Source: a virus (lineage: Duplodnaviria; Caudoviricetes). Taken from it: a stretch of DNA of 56,325 nt. How positions within the stretch are numbered: the stretch's first letter is position 1; each line of letters opens with the position of its first letter. The notes under the pieces were generated by a model, which was not told the origin of the DNA, ran no database searches, and saw only the letters and a list, made by a program, of their open reading frames with translations. Both the position numbers and the translations under genes were made by a program. Below are positions 1-7,343 of this stretch, one piece after another. The stretch lies in the IMG/VR virus record IMGVR_UViG_3300031524_001649, positions 1 to 56,325 of that record; one strand, written 5' to 3'.

Positions 1-345
1 CTAGCGACGGTGACGATCGAGCGTCGGCGGCCGTGGCAGGTCGGCCCCCTGTTTGCGTTCATACGCCTCCAGGGCTTCGGGGAGAATGCGGATCGCCTTG
101 CCGATCTTGTAGCACGGCAATTCGCCACTGCGGCAGAGGTTGTAGATGGTGTGGATGCCAGTCCCAAGCCGCTGGGCGGCGAACCGGACCGTCAGCCCCC
201 GGGGTGCCGGGGTCTCCGCAACCGGGGTGGGCATGGGCCGGTCACTCTGCAACAGGGCGTCGGCCAGCGTCAGGCTTGCCGCGGCCGTCTTGTCGCCGGT
301 CTCTTGCAGGTATGCGCCATAGAGTTGCAGCACGGTGTCGTTCAT
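1..345 (-). CDS. Excisionase-like (HTH_17/MerR-type) DNA-binding protein
   Basis: LTVRFAAQRLGTGIHTIYNLCRSGELPCYKIGKAIRI matches the Xis-like winged HTH pattern. Confidence 0.8.
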   Translation of the reverse strand: MNDTVLQLYGAYLQETGDKTAAASLTLADALLQSDRPMPTPVAETPAPRGLTVRFAAQRLGTGIHTIYNLCRSGELPCYKIGKAIRILPEALEAYERKQGADLPRPPTLDRHRR

Positions 346-453
346 AGCACAGTTGCACGGTCAGCGTTCGGACGGTCGCGTCCACTCATTCGGCAACGAC
401 TTCGTTTTCATGCAGGAGTGGCCGCTCTTCCGAGTTCTCGCACAGCGGCGAAA

Positions 454-774
454 TCAGCCGTGCTTTTCATGGACCTCGTGGATGACGTTCTGAAGGAACC
501 GTCGCGCGGCCTTGAAGCGGAGGATCAGGGCACTTCCCAGGCATCCGCCCACCGCCATGCCGATGCCGGAGAGCGTCGAGGTTGCCAGATTGGTGAGCGT
601 CTGCGAGCGGTGCAGCACGGCGTAGGTCAACGCGGACACGGCGGCAGCCGTGACCACCACCAGGGCCAGCGCCCCCGTGGCATAGGCGACCAGAGTTTGC
701 AGGTTGGCTTTCATCGGTTCACGGGTGGTCATGCTAGGGAATCGGCCAAGAGCCTTGACGTGACTATCGTTCAC
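454..774 (-). CDS. Hypothetical membrane protein (2 TM); start may be at 732 or 714
   Basis: Two hydrophobic segments; packed in minus-strand operon. Confidence 0.55.
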   Translation of the reverse strand: MNDSHVKALGRFPSMTTREPMKANLQTLVAYATGALALVVVTAAAVSALTYAVLHRSQTLTNLATSTLSGIGMAVGGCLGSALILRFKAARRFLQNVIHEVHEKHG

Positions 775-775
775 T

Positions 776-1111
776 TCACGCGGCGGCCGGAGTCTTCAAC
801 TTTCGCCAGACGCGCTGCTCCGTGCGGGCGGCGTAGAGCTTCTTCCACGTCCGCTCCAAAGCGGTGGCAGCCGCGGCCTCGGCTTTTTCGATGTCGGCAA
901 TGGCCGTGGTGACGGCTTCGACTGCCTCTACGCGGACGGAAACCTCCGCGAGGACCGCCTGCTTGTCGTCCGTGCTGGCCCACTTCTCTTCAATGGAGCC
1001 ACGTAGCGTGGCCACCAGCTCTTGCAGGCGACAGCGGGCCTCGGCCAGGGCGGCGGGCGGGTTCTTTTCCAAGTCGGCAACGATGCGATCAACGGCTTCG
1101 GTCATGGTCAT
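776..1111 (-). CDS. Hypothetical coiled-coil protein
   Basis: GGAG RBS upstream; A/E-rich helical sequence. Confidence 0.6.
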   Translation of the reverse strand: MTMTEAVDRIVADLEKNPPAALAEARCRLQELVATLRGSIEEKWASTDDKQAVLAEVSVRVEAVEAVTTAIADIEKAEAAAATALERTWKKLYAARTEQRVWRKLKTPAAA

Positions 1112-1138
1112 GGGGCACTCTCCAAAGGGTGACAGGTT

Positions 1139-1843
1139 TCAAAAGGTCCGCAAACGCTTGACGCCAATACGTACCAGTCGCACGACCGCCAGGGCGTCTT
1201 CCAGGGCGGCGTGGGCCACTTGCGGGTTCAGCCCGGCCCGCTCGTAGCAGGTTTTGCTGTCGGGCAGTTTCGCATCACTCGCCAACCAAAAGAGCAATGC
1301 TGGGTCCAAGGTGCGGTGGGACAGTTTCACCACCTGCTCGAATCTCGGCAGCCGTTTCAGGAATTGCCGATCGAAGCTGGCGAAGTTCTTGCCGGCCGGG
1401 GTCAAGGCGGTTTGTCCGTCCCAACCGCAACCCTTCAACCAGGCGGCAAAGTCGTCGGCCACTTGGTCCGGGTCCAGGAAGAACGGCTCCCGCTCGCCGG
1501 AGAGGTGCTTCAATAGGTCGGCGTTGAGGGCCAAGGCGTAGGCGTTGCCGCGATACTCCTTGTGGACCACCAGCCGGCGATAGCTCGGCAACTGGTCGAT
1601 GGGCTTCGTCCAGTCGTCCCACACGGCTCCGAATTCGAGCATCTGGCAGCTTTCGGGATCGAGCCCCGTGGTCTCAATGTCGATCGAGATGTAAGGCATC
1701 TTCGGCGGGTTGACCGGCAGCGCCGGCTCGGAGGCCGCCTGCCGATAGTGGCCGCTCCAGCCACAGCCCGAGCACTGGCCTACTTCGGGGTTGCTGGTCG
1801 GCTTCAACAACTCTTCGCAGTTCGGACAGAGTTTCTTGGTCAT
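1139..1843 (-). CDS. DEDDh 3'-5' exonuclease with N-terminal Zn ribbon
   Basis: CPNC..CSGC; IDIETTG (ExoI), NFASFD (ExoII), HAALED (ExoIII). Confidence 0.85.
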   Translation of the reverse strand: MTKKLCPNCEELLKPTSNPEVGQCSGCGWSGHYRQAASEPALPVNPPKMPYISIDIETTGLDPESCQMLEFGAVWDDWTKPIDQLPSYRRLVVHKEYRGNAYALALNADLLKHLSGEREPFFLDPDQVADDFAAWLKGCGWDGQTALTPAGKNFASFDRQFLKRLPRFEQVVKLSHRTLDPALLFWLASDAKLPDSKTCYERAGLNPQVAHAALEDALAVVRLVRIGVKRLRTF

Positions 1844-2214
1844 GGCTGGTCTTCCGTCGTAATGCGGGGCGTCTGCCCAGTGAGGTACAGGTTCACGAGG
1901 GCTTGGGTGGCGTTGCGAGTTTCTCTCTGAATCCTCTGTAAGCTGGCTTGCATGGAGTTGTTTTCGGCCGCCATGTTGCGGGCTTTCACGCAGTATTGCT
2001 CGGCCTGGAGTTCGTCACGGCAGATTTTGCGGTACAACGCCAACGTCTGAATCAGGGCTTGCGCGGCACGGACTTGCCACGTGTCCGGCGGCGTCTGGGC
2101 AGTTTCCGTGTTGTCGCCGAACCACCCGCAGGCATCGCAGTAGCGGCAATCATCGCCGCTGGTGTCCACAGGTGTTCCGCAACGCGGGCAGAATTCAGCC
2201 GTAGGATCAGCCAT
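1840..2214 (-). CDS. Zinc-ribbon protein
   Basis: CPRC..CDAC; start MADPTAEF overlaps the upstream stop region. Confidence 0.65.
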   Translation of the reverse strand: MADPTAEFCPRCGTPVDTSGDDCRYCDACGWFGDNTETAQTPPDTWQVRAAQALIQTLALYRKICRDELQAEQYCVKARNMAAENNSMQASLQRIQRETRNATQALVNLYLTGQTPRITTEDQP

Positions 2215-2506
2215 GCCGTGGGTTCTTTCCTTCCTCGGGATCGCGCTGGATGCCCTTGAAGGTGAGGTTGAATTCGCGAATGGCGCGTTGCAATTCCGCA
2301 TCGCCGTACCGCTTCTTGATCTGATTCAGGACTGCCTGGGTCTTCTTGCCGCCGATGCCGCGGGCCTGGGCCTTGAGCGATTCGCGCAGTTTGGCCAGTT
2401 CGGTCTTGCCGCGGTCGTTCTGATTGCCGACCAGCATGTTTTGCTTGCGGGCCTGGGCGTCCACGGCCTTTGTCAGCGGCAGTTGTCGTGCTCGGGCCTT
2501 TGCCAT
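2207..2506 (-). CDS. Basic hypothetical protein, paralog of 2518-2838
   Basis: AGGAG RBS; MAKARA..KTELAKLRESLKAQA. Confidence 0.7.
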   Translation of the reverse strand: MAKARARQLPLTKAVDAQARKQNMLVGNQNDRGKTELAKLRESLKAQARGIGGKKTQAVLNQIKKRYGDAELQRAIREFNLTFKGIQRDPEEGKNPRHG

Positions 2507-2517
2507 TGCCGGGCTCC

Positions 2518-2838
2518 TTACAGTCGGGGATTTTTCTGGAGGCCATCCGCGATCTTCTCGGGGATCACGTCCATTCCCCGGTAGGTCGGGTTAATCAGCC
2601 GCAGGGCGGTCGGCGGTATCTTGTCCTTGCCCTTGGCAGCCGTCTTCTTCAGCGCGCCGGCGATCTTGGCCTTGCTCTGTGGGGTTTTGGCCTGGGCCTG
2701 GGCCTTGAGCGATTCCCGCAGGGCGGCTATTTCGGTCTTGCTGCGGCGGGCGGCCAGGGCCTTGCGGCGGCCACCGAGGGTGGTCGCTTCCTCCATGCTC
2801 ACTTTGTTGCCAGTTTGTTTGGCACGCGGTTTCGCCAT
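2518..2838 (-). CDS. Basic hypothetical protein, paralog of 2207-2506
   Basis: AGGAG RBS; MAKPRA..KTEIAALRESLKAQA. Confidence 0.7.
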   Translation of the reverse strand: MAKPRAKQTGNKVSMEEATTLGGRRKALAARRSKTEIAALRESLKAQAQAKTPQSKAKIAGALKKTAAKGKDKIPPTALRLINPTYRGMDVIPEKIADGLQKNPRL

Positions 2839-2847
2839 GTCATACTC

Positions 2848-3555
2848 CTAGTTCTTGGAGGCTGTGGATTTGCTCTTTCGTGAGCCGCTGGAGTGCTTCC
2901 TTGCGGCAGCGGACGAGCCGGTTGTAGTCCGCTTTCTCTTGCCGGTACGCTTGGAGGAGTTTCCGGTACGTTTGCCGGCACGCTTTTCGGGTCCCTTTGC
3001 CGCTGCCCGCACAGGCGGGACAGCCGTCTCCGTGGCAGTCAAGGCAAGGGTGGGGATTGCCAAAGGAACATCCGCAGGCGAGGCAGAAATGGGCAAAGTC
3101 CCGGTAACGTCACCGGGGCTGCTGCATGACTCGTCGTCCTCCTCGTGGTACTTCAAGGGGCGGTTGTCCATTAAAATGGCATACAGCCGGCGGTCGATGT
3201 TCTTTCTCGTCCACAAGGGCAAGCCATTGGGCAGCTTGCCGCCGAATAGTTCTCGCAAGGCCCGGATGCCCGTGGCTTCACACACTTTTGCCCAGAGCCG
3301 TTGGTGTTTCTCGCACTCCTCTTGCGCGGTTGCGAAGGTTTTGAACAACCGCCGTTTCGGATTCACGAAGTCCCACATCTGCCGCGGTACACCGTCGGTG
3401 GCTGGGACCAAGACTCGTACCGTCGCCTGAAAGCGTGGCGACACCGGAATGCCGTAGACTTCCCTGCGCCAGACGATGCGATACTGTTCTGGCGAGAACC
3501 AGAATTTCTCCATCGTGGCCCGCGAACCGCGCTTACGCTTGCGTTGGAACTCCAC
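2848..3555 (-). CDS. Hypothetical protein with basic low-complexity C-terminus
   Basis: GAGG RBS and GTG start; in operon. Confidence 0.65.
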   Translation of the reverse strand: MEFQRKRKRGSRATMEKFWFSPEQYRIVWRREVYGIPVSPRFQATVRVLVPATDGVPRQMWDFVNPKRRLFKTFATAQEECEKHQRLWAKVCEATGIRALRELFGGKLPNGLPLWTRKNIDRRLYAILMDNRPLKYHEEDDESCSSPGDVTGTLPISASPADVPLAIPTLALTATETAVPPVRAAAKGPEKRAGKRTGNSSKRTGKRKRTTTGSSAAARKHSSGSRKSKSTASKN

Positions 3556-3564
3556 TTACCCACC

Positions 3565-4017
3565 TCAGCCTTGGTTGGCGGCCATCTTGAGTCCCGGCGT
3601 CATGCGCTTGACCGGCTCCACGCTGAGTTGCCGGCTGATCTGCTTGAGGGCTTGGACGTACTTGCCTTGGACCTCCAGCGTGCGGTAGTGAGCCTGCCGT
3701 TCGGGGTTCGATAAGTTGGCCTCGTCTACCGCCTGGTTGCGCCGAAAGGCGCGGAACAGCTTGAAGCGGGCCAAGTCGCCGTGGCGAGCGTTGTACACGG
3801 CCGCCTCAGAGTCGGTGAGCACTCGCAACCCGCTCCCTTCGGTCTTGATTGTTGCGGGCCGGCCCAGGCACCGTAGCCCGTGTTCGATTTCCTGCCGGAG
3901 CTGCATCAGGGCGAACTGGTACTCGCGGGTGCCCTCCATTTCGCCGGTGATTTCCTCAATCTCGGTGGGCGAGAGGTAATCGCCCTTCTGCAAATGCTGC
4001 ACGTCGATGATCTTCAT
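3565..4017 (-). CDS. Hypothetical 150-aa protein directly downstream of the pentamer array; candidate accessory factor
   Basis: GAGGAG RBS before ATG at 4017 (MKIIDVQHLQ...); start is 23 nt past the last array repeat. Confidence 0.75.
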   Translation of the reverse strand: MKIIDVQHLQKGDYLSPTEIEEITGEMEGTREYQFALMQLRQEIEHGLRCLGRPATIKTEGSGLRVLTDSEAAVYNARHGDLARFKLFRAFRRNQAVDEANLSNPERQAHYRTLEVQGKYVQALKQISRQLSVEPVKRMTPGLKMAANQG

Positions 4018-4040
4018 AGTTCTCCTCGCATTGGAAGGGG

Positions 4041-4633
4041 GTTCATTCAAGGAAGCCCTCGCTTGCGAGAAGGCTTCGTGGAAGGAACCTTACCACGCCC
4101 TACCATGCCGCACCCGACCGGACCTTACCGTGGATTCATTCCAGGAAGCCCTCTCGTGAAAGAGAGCTTCGTGGAAGGAACCATGCCCAGCCATACCTTA
4201 GCCCGCCCCGCTCAGTCCAGCCTCGCCACGCCTTACCGAAACACGCCGTAGATTCATTCAAGGAAGCCCTCTCGTTGAAAAGAGGGCTTTGTGGAAGGAA
4301 CCTGACCGTACCAGACCCCACCTTGCCGCGCCGTACCCGGCCCCACCACAGAAGATTCATTCGAGGAAGACCTCGCTTACGAGAGGGCTTCGTCGAAGGA
4401 ACCGTGCCTTGCCTCACCAAGCCCAACCCCGTCCCGCCAAACCGCACCATACCGGACTCGGTTTCACCCGGCCCCGCCACACCATGCCCTAAAAGGTTCA
4501 TTCCAGGAAACCCTCTCGTGAAAGAGGGCTTCGTGGAAAGAACCACGCCTCGCTTCGCCGCGCCACACCTGGCCCCGCCACACCTCATCTCGCCCCGCCA
4601 TGCCTAGTTCCGGCCCTCTCGCAAGAGAGGGCC
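4041..4633 (-). repeat. Hairpin-repeat / GGY-NN pentamer array; putative multi-guide ncRNA, not a canonical CRISPR
   Basis: Five conserved repeats at 4041-4089, 4134-4182, 4252-4302, 4355-4403, 4496-4544 (minus-strand consensus GGTTCCTTCCACGAAGCCCTCT-loop-GAGGGCTTCCT(G/T)GAATGAAY). They alternate with tracts of 8, 13, 9, 17 and 12 phased pentamers at 4090-4129, 4183-4247, 4303-4347, 4404-4488, 4545-4604. A perfect 9-bp leader hairpin lies at 4612-4633. Confidence 0.93.
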
Positions 4634-4650
4634 AGAGCCGAGTTTCTCCA

Positions 4651-5226
4651 TCAGGCTGCCGCCACAATCTCGAAGCGGCCGAAGCGCGGCCGTCCATCCA
4701 ACAGGCCCGCCATGCGCCCGGCGGTGTCCACGAAGTCGATCACTTCCTTGGCGTCGAACACCTCCTCCAGGTAGTGGACGGTGAACTTGCACTCCCAATT
4801 CTTGAACATCGGCCGTGTCCGCATCACGCGGCTCTGTCCCACGACCACCCCGGCCACGTAGCGGAACCGCTCGTCTTCCCACAGGGTCTCGGGCGTCTTG
4901 GGACCGTCGTAGATCACCGGGAAATTGCCATCCACGATGATGGCGCTCTTGGCGTCCTTTCCCTTCTTCGTTTTCTTGGCCCCGGCGACGATGGTGCCTT
5001 CAATGACTTCGCCCGGAAGCACAGCCCGCCCCTGGTCGTCCGCGTACAGGCCGCCGAGGAACTCCAGGCGGGCCAGTTCGGCATGGTCTTCGTCGGTCTT
5101 CTTCCGCTTGCTGGTGACGGCCTTCATCGCCTTGGCAAACTTGTTCATGGGGTTGGCAAGTTGGCCGTTGTGCATCAGCAACGGGGCGACACCGCGAATG
5201 TGGAAGTCGATGGTCTTGTAGCTCAT
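4651..5226 (-). CDS. Solitary Cas7/RAMP-like RNA-binding protein (191 aa)
   Basis: GAGG RBS, ATG at 5226. N-terminal strand IRGVAPLLMHN, LPGEVIEGTI (cf. iPGSslKG of Csm3/Cmr RAMPs) and C-terminal Gly-rich loop AGRMAGLLDGRPRFGRFEI; abuts the array. Confidence 0.75.
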   Translation of the reverse strand: MSYKTIDFHIRGVAPLLMHNGQLANPMNKFAKAMKAVTSKRKKTDEDHAELARLEFLGGLYADDQGRAVLPGEVIEGTIVAGAKKTKKGKDAKSAIIVDGNFPVIYDGPKTPETLWEDERFRYVAGVVVGQSRVMRTRPMFKNWECKFTVHYLEEVFDAKEVIDFVDTAGRMAGLLDGRPRFGRFEIVAAA

Positions 5227-5304
5227 TTGGGAACCTCGTTTTTTTGAAACAGGGTACTTGAAAGTTTCGTTGTTCAAGGAGACCTTACCCCAACCAATCT
5301 TGTG

Positions 5305-5511
5305 TTATCCTTGACGCCCGATGCCCTTTCCGCGGCCAGCACGCGGGTGAAGCGGCGAGTAGTGGTCATGGTAGGCTGGCGGTTGGAGGAGCATGCGGTA
5401 GGCCCGCTTCTTGCCACACTTCGGACACTTGAAAGGACCCTTGGCGCTACGATCCTGCCACGCCTCGAAGTAGGAATCGCAGGCCCGGCAATGCACGTCG
5501 TACAGCGTCAT
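5305..5511 (-). CDS. FmdB-family zinc-ribbon protein
   Basis: MTLYDVHCRACDSYFE..KCPKCG pattern. Confidence 0.75.
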   Translation of the reverse strand: MTLYDVHCRACDSYFEAWQDRSAKGPFKCPKCGKKRAYRMLLQPPAYHDHYSPLHPRAGRGKGIGRQG

Positions 5512-5750
5512 GCGGGCACCTCCAAGGACTCGTAGCGCTTGACCTTCGGCGGAAACTTGTGCTTGACCTGCTTGGAAAGTTCCGCCAGGATGCAGTTGAA
5601 AGCGGCCATGTAGTTGGCGACGTGGTGCAGTCGGGTGAGCAGTTCCTTGCTCGGCCGCACGTGGTCGAAGACCAGGGCCTTCATCTCGGGCCAGAACGCC
5701 GGGTGGATGTCGTGTTGCTCAAGGATCAGTTCGAGTTGCTCACTGGTCAT
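5508..5750 (-). CDS. Hypothetical protein
   Basis: GGGAG RBS, start MTSEQ; stop overlaps the next start. Confidence 0.6.
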   Translation of the reverse strand: MTSEQLELILEQHDIHPAFWPEMKALVFDHVRPSKELLTRLHHVANYMAAFNCILAELSKQVKHKFPPKVKRYESLEVPA

Positions 5751-5792
5751 GGTTGCGTCTCCCGTGTGTCGTAGTAGTGGCCTCCATTTGGT

Positions 5793-5828
5793 ACAACAAC
5801 GTCCGTGCGACCAGTCAGGGTGAAATTC
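5793..5828 (-). promoter_or_regulatory. Phage promoter motif, copy 1
   Basis: GAATTTCACCCTGAC-N13-GTTGTTGT on minus strand; same spacing in three copies; GGAGG just downstream. Confidence 0.7.
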
Positions 5829-6066
5829 TGTCGCCAATCAAGCCTTTCAGCGTTCGGTAAAGCAAGTCCCACGCTAAAAGCCGCTTGCGCGGAAAATCTG
5901 TCACCATGCCGTGTCTCCAGGGGCGGCCGGCGGCGTCACGCAGGTCGGCGAAGTAGTTGCCGCGAGTCTGGCTTCCCGTGCCGAGGTTCGTGATGGTTCC
6001 GGTGGCAAGAGTCCGTTTCCGGGCCTCGCAGCCGCCGGGCCAGAGTTCGATCCGAATCACCAGCAT
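5815..6066 (-). CDS. Phage hypothetical protein (MLVIRIELWPGG...)
   Basis: Compact ORF just after the MTase stop; realistic composition. Confidence 0.6.
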   Translation of the reverse strand: MLVIRIELWPGGCEARKRTLATGTITNLGTGSQTRGNYFADLRDAAGRPWRHGMVTDFPRKRLLAWDLLYRTLKGLIGDRISP

Positions 6067-6068
6067 CG

Positions 6069-7343
6069 TCAGGATGACCCCCACACCGCGCGATGGGGGT
6101 AGTCGAGCGGCGAGAGGCCGTTTTCGGCGGCGATGCGCTGGCAATAGTCCCGGTCCAGTTCGATCAGCGTGCAAGGCAGATTGATGCGTTTACACACACG
6201 CAACGTCGTGCCCGTGCCGCCGAAGGGGTCCAAGACCTTGCCGCCCGGTGGCGTAGTCAGCTTGACACACCGCTCGACCAGCCCTTCGTTGAGTTGCGTC
6301 GGGTGCCAGGTGCGGCGCTGCTTGCTGTTGCCCGTGACCCGTGGAAAACTGAACACGTCGCTCAGACTGAGTTTTCCGGTGGCGTGCTGCCACGTCTTCC
6401 CTTCACGAATGCTGCGGATTACCGTGTCGCTCACGCCATATTGCGAGGCCAACTCGACATTTGAGCCGGTGGATTGATAGATGCGGACGGCATCTTCATT
6501 GCTCAGTTTTGCCAGTCCGTTCTGCTCCCCCTGGGGATGCTGTCCGCGGCCTTTGGCTTCCTTGTCGTTGTTATTGTCAGCATCGGAGCCGATAAACAGG
6601 TGGGCTGGATTGCAGCAGCCCGGATTGTCACAGCTATGCAGTACCAATTGGCCTACTGGGTCAGTGCCGTGTGTCAAACGCCACATAAGGCGTGTTGCCA
6701 CGTACAGCTTCTCGCCGATTCGGAAGCGGCCGTAGCCTTCGCGTTTACCGGCCAGCCACTCCCAGCATTCCGTCGCTCCGCGGCGGCCGATTTTGGCCAG
6801 GAACCGTTCAACATCCTCGGGGCTCCAAGGCGGCAGCGGAAGTGTGTTCCGGTCGTAACAATCACCCGAAGCCACGTCGCCGGGGACGCGCCCGCGGGGA
6901 TCGGCCCGCTTGTCGCCGTTCTCTTGCCGCCAACTCGGTACGCGGACCGCATCCGGGTAGAGTGGGGCGTGGCACCAGCGGAGCCGCAAGAGCGGCCGGT
7001 GATTGTTCCCCAGGTCATGGTGGTTGTGCTGCCCAAAGGTGAACGTTTGGACGCACGGCTTGGCCTCCAATTCTCCGGCCCGGAGCCCGACGATCTCGGT
7101 GACAATCCGGCCGACCTCGAAGGTCCATTTCGAGTTGTAGCTGAACCAGACCGTGCGGGCCTTGAGCACGAAGGCTTGGAGCCAGCGGCGCAGCATCGCT
7201 ATGTACTCACCCTCGTTCAGCCGATCCCGGTAGCTGTCGTAGCCCAAGCCGATGTTGTCAGGCGGGTCCCCGAACAGGGTATCCACGGGCGCAAGGGTTT
7301 CGAGCACGTCCAGGCAGTCGCCGTTATAGAGGTGATACTTCAC
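6069..7343 (-). CDS. N4/N6 DNA methyltransferase (beta class) carrying an in-frame HNH endonuclease insertion
   Basis: GTG start overlapping the upstream stop; GDCLDVL, DPPD (motif IV variant), HPTQ, LDPFGGTGTT; insert contains CWEW..GYG, LHSCDNPGCCNPAHL and an HTH. Confidence 0.85.
   Translation of the reverse strand: MKYHLYNGDCLDVLETLAPVDTLFGDPPDNIGLGYDSYRDRLNEGEYIAMLRRWLQAFVLKARTVWFSYNSKWTFEVGRIVTEIVGLRAGELEAKPCVQTFTFGQHNHHDLGNNHRPLLRLRWCHAPLYPDAVRVPSWRQENGDKRADPRGRVPGDVASGDCYDRNTLPLPPWSPEDVERFLAKIGRRGATECWEWLAGKREGYGRFRIGEKLYVATRLMWRLTHGTDPVGQLVLHSCDNPGCCNPAHLFIGSDADNNNDKEAKGRGQHPQGEQNGLAKLSNEDAVRIYQSTGSNVELASQYGVSDTVIRSIREGKTWQHATGKLSLSDVFSFPRVTGNSKQRRTWHPTQLNEGLVERCVKLTTPPGGKVLDPFGGTGTTLRVCKRINLPCTLIELDRDYCQRIAAENGLSPLDYPHRAVWGSS
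6354..6880 (-). mobile_element. HNH homing-endonuclease-like insert bounded by 8-bp direct repeats
   Basis: CACGTCGC at 6354-6361 and 6873-6880, 519 nt (173 codons) apart; removing the insert restores PGDVFSFPRV. Confidence 0.7.

Noticed and set aside
4041-4604. Canonical CRISPR array
   Set aside because: Repeats are ~49 nt and imperfect, spacers vary from about 44 to 92 nt and are themselves phased GGYNN pentamers, and no cas1/cas2 or effector genes are present.
3880-4697. ORFs across the array (3880-4251, 4136-4588, 4275-4607, 4289-4492, 4464-4697)
   Set aside because: G/R/P-rich translations of the 5-nt periodic repeat; the repeat falls in different frames and its variation conserves RNA pairing rather than codons.
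5268-5295. Possible array remnant upstream of the RAMP gene (minus strand GGTTG-G-GGTAA-GGTCT-CCTTGAAC)
   Set aside because: Only two or three pentamers, out of phase, and no hairpin; too short to distinguish from chance.
6354-6880. Intein in the methyltransferase
   Set aside because: No N-terminal Cys/Ser block A, no terminal His-Asn, and no +1 C/S/T.
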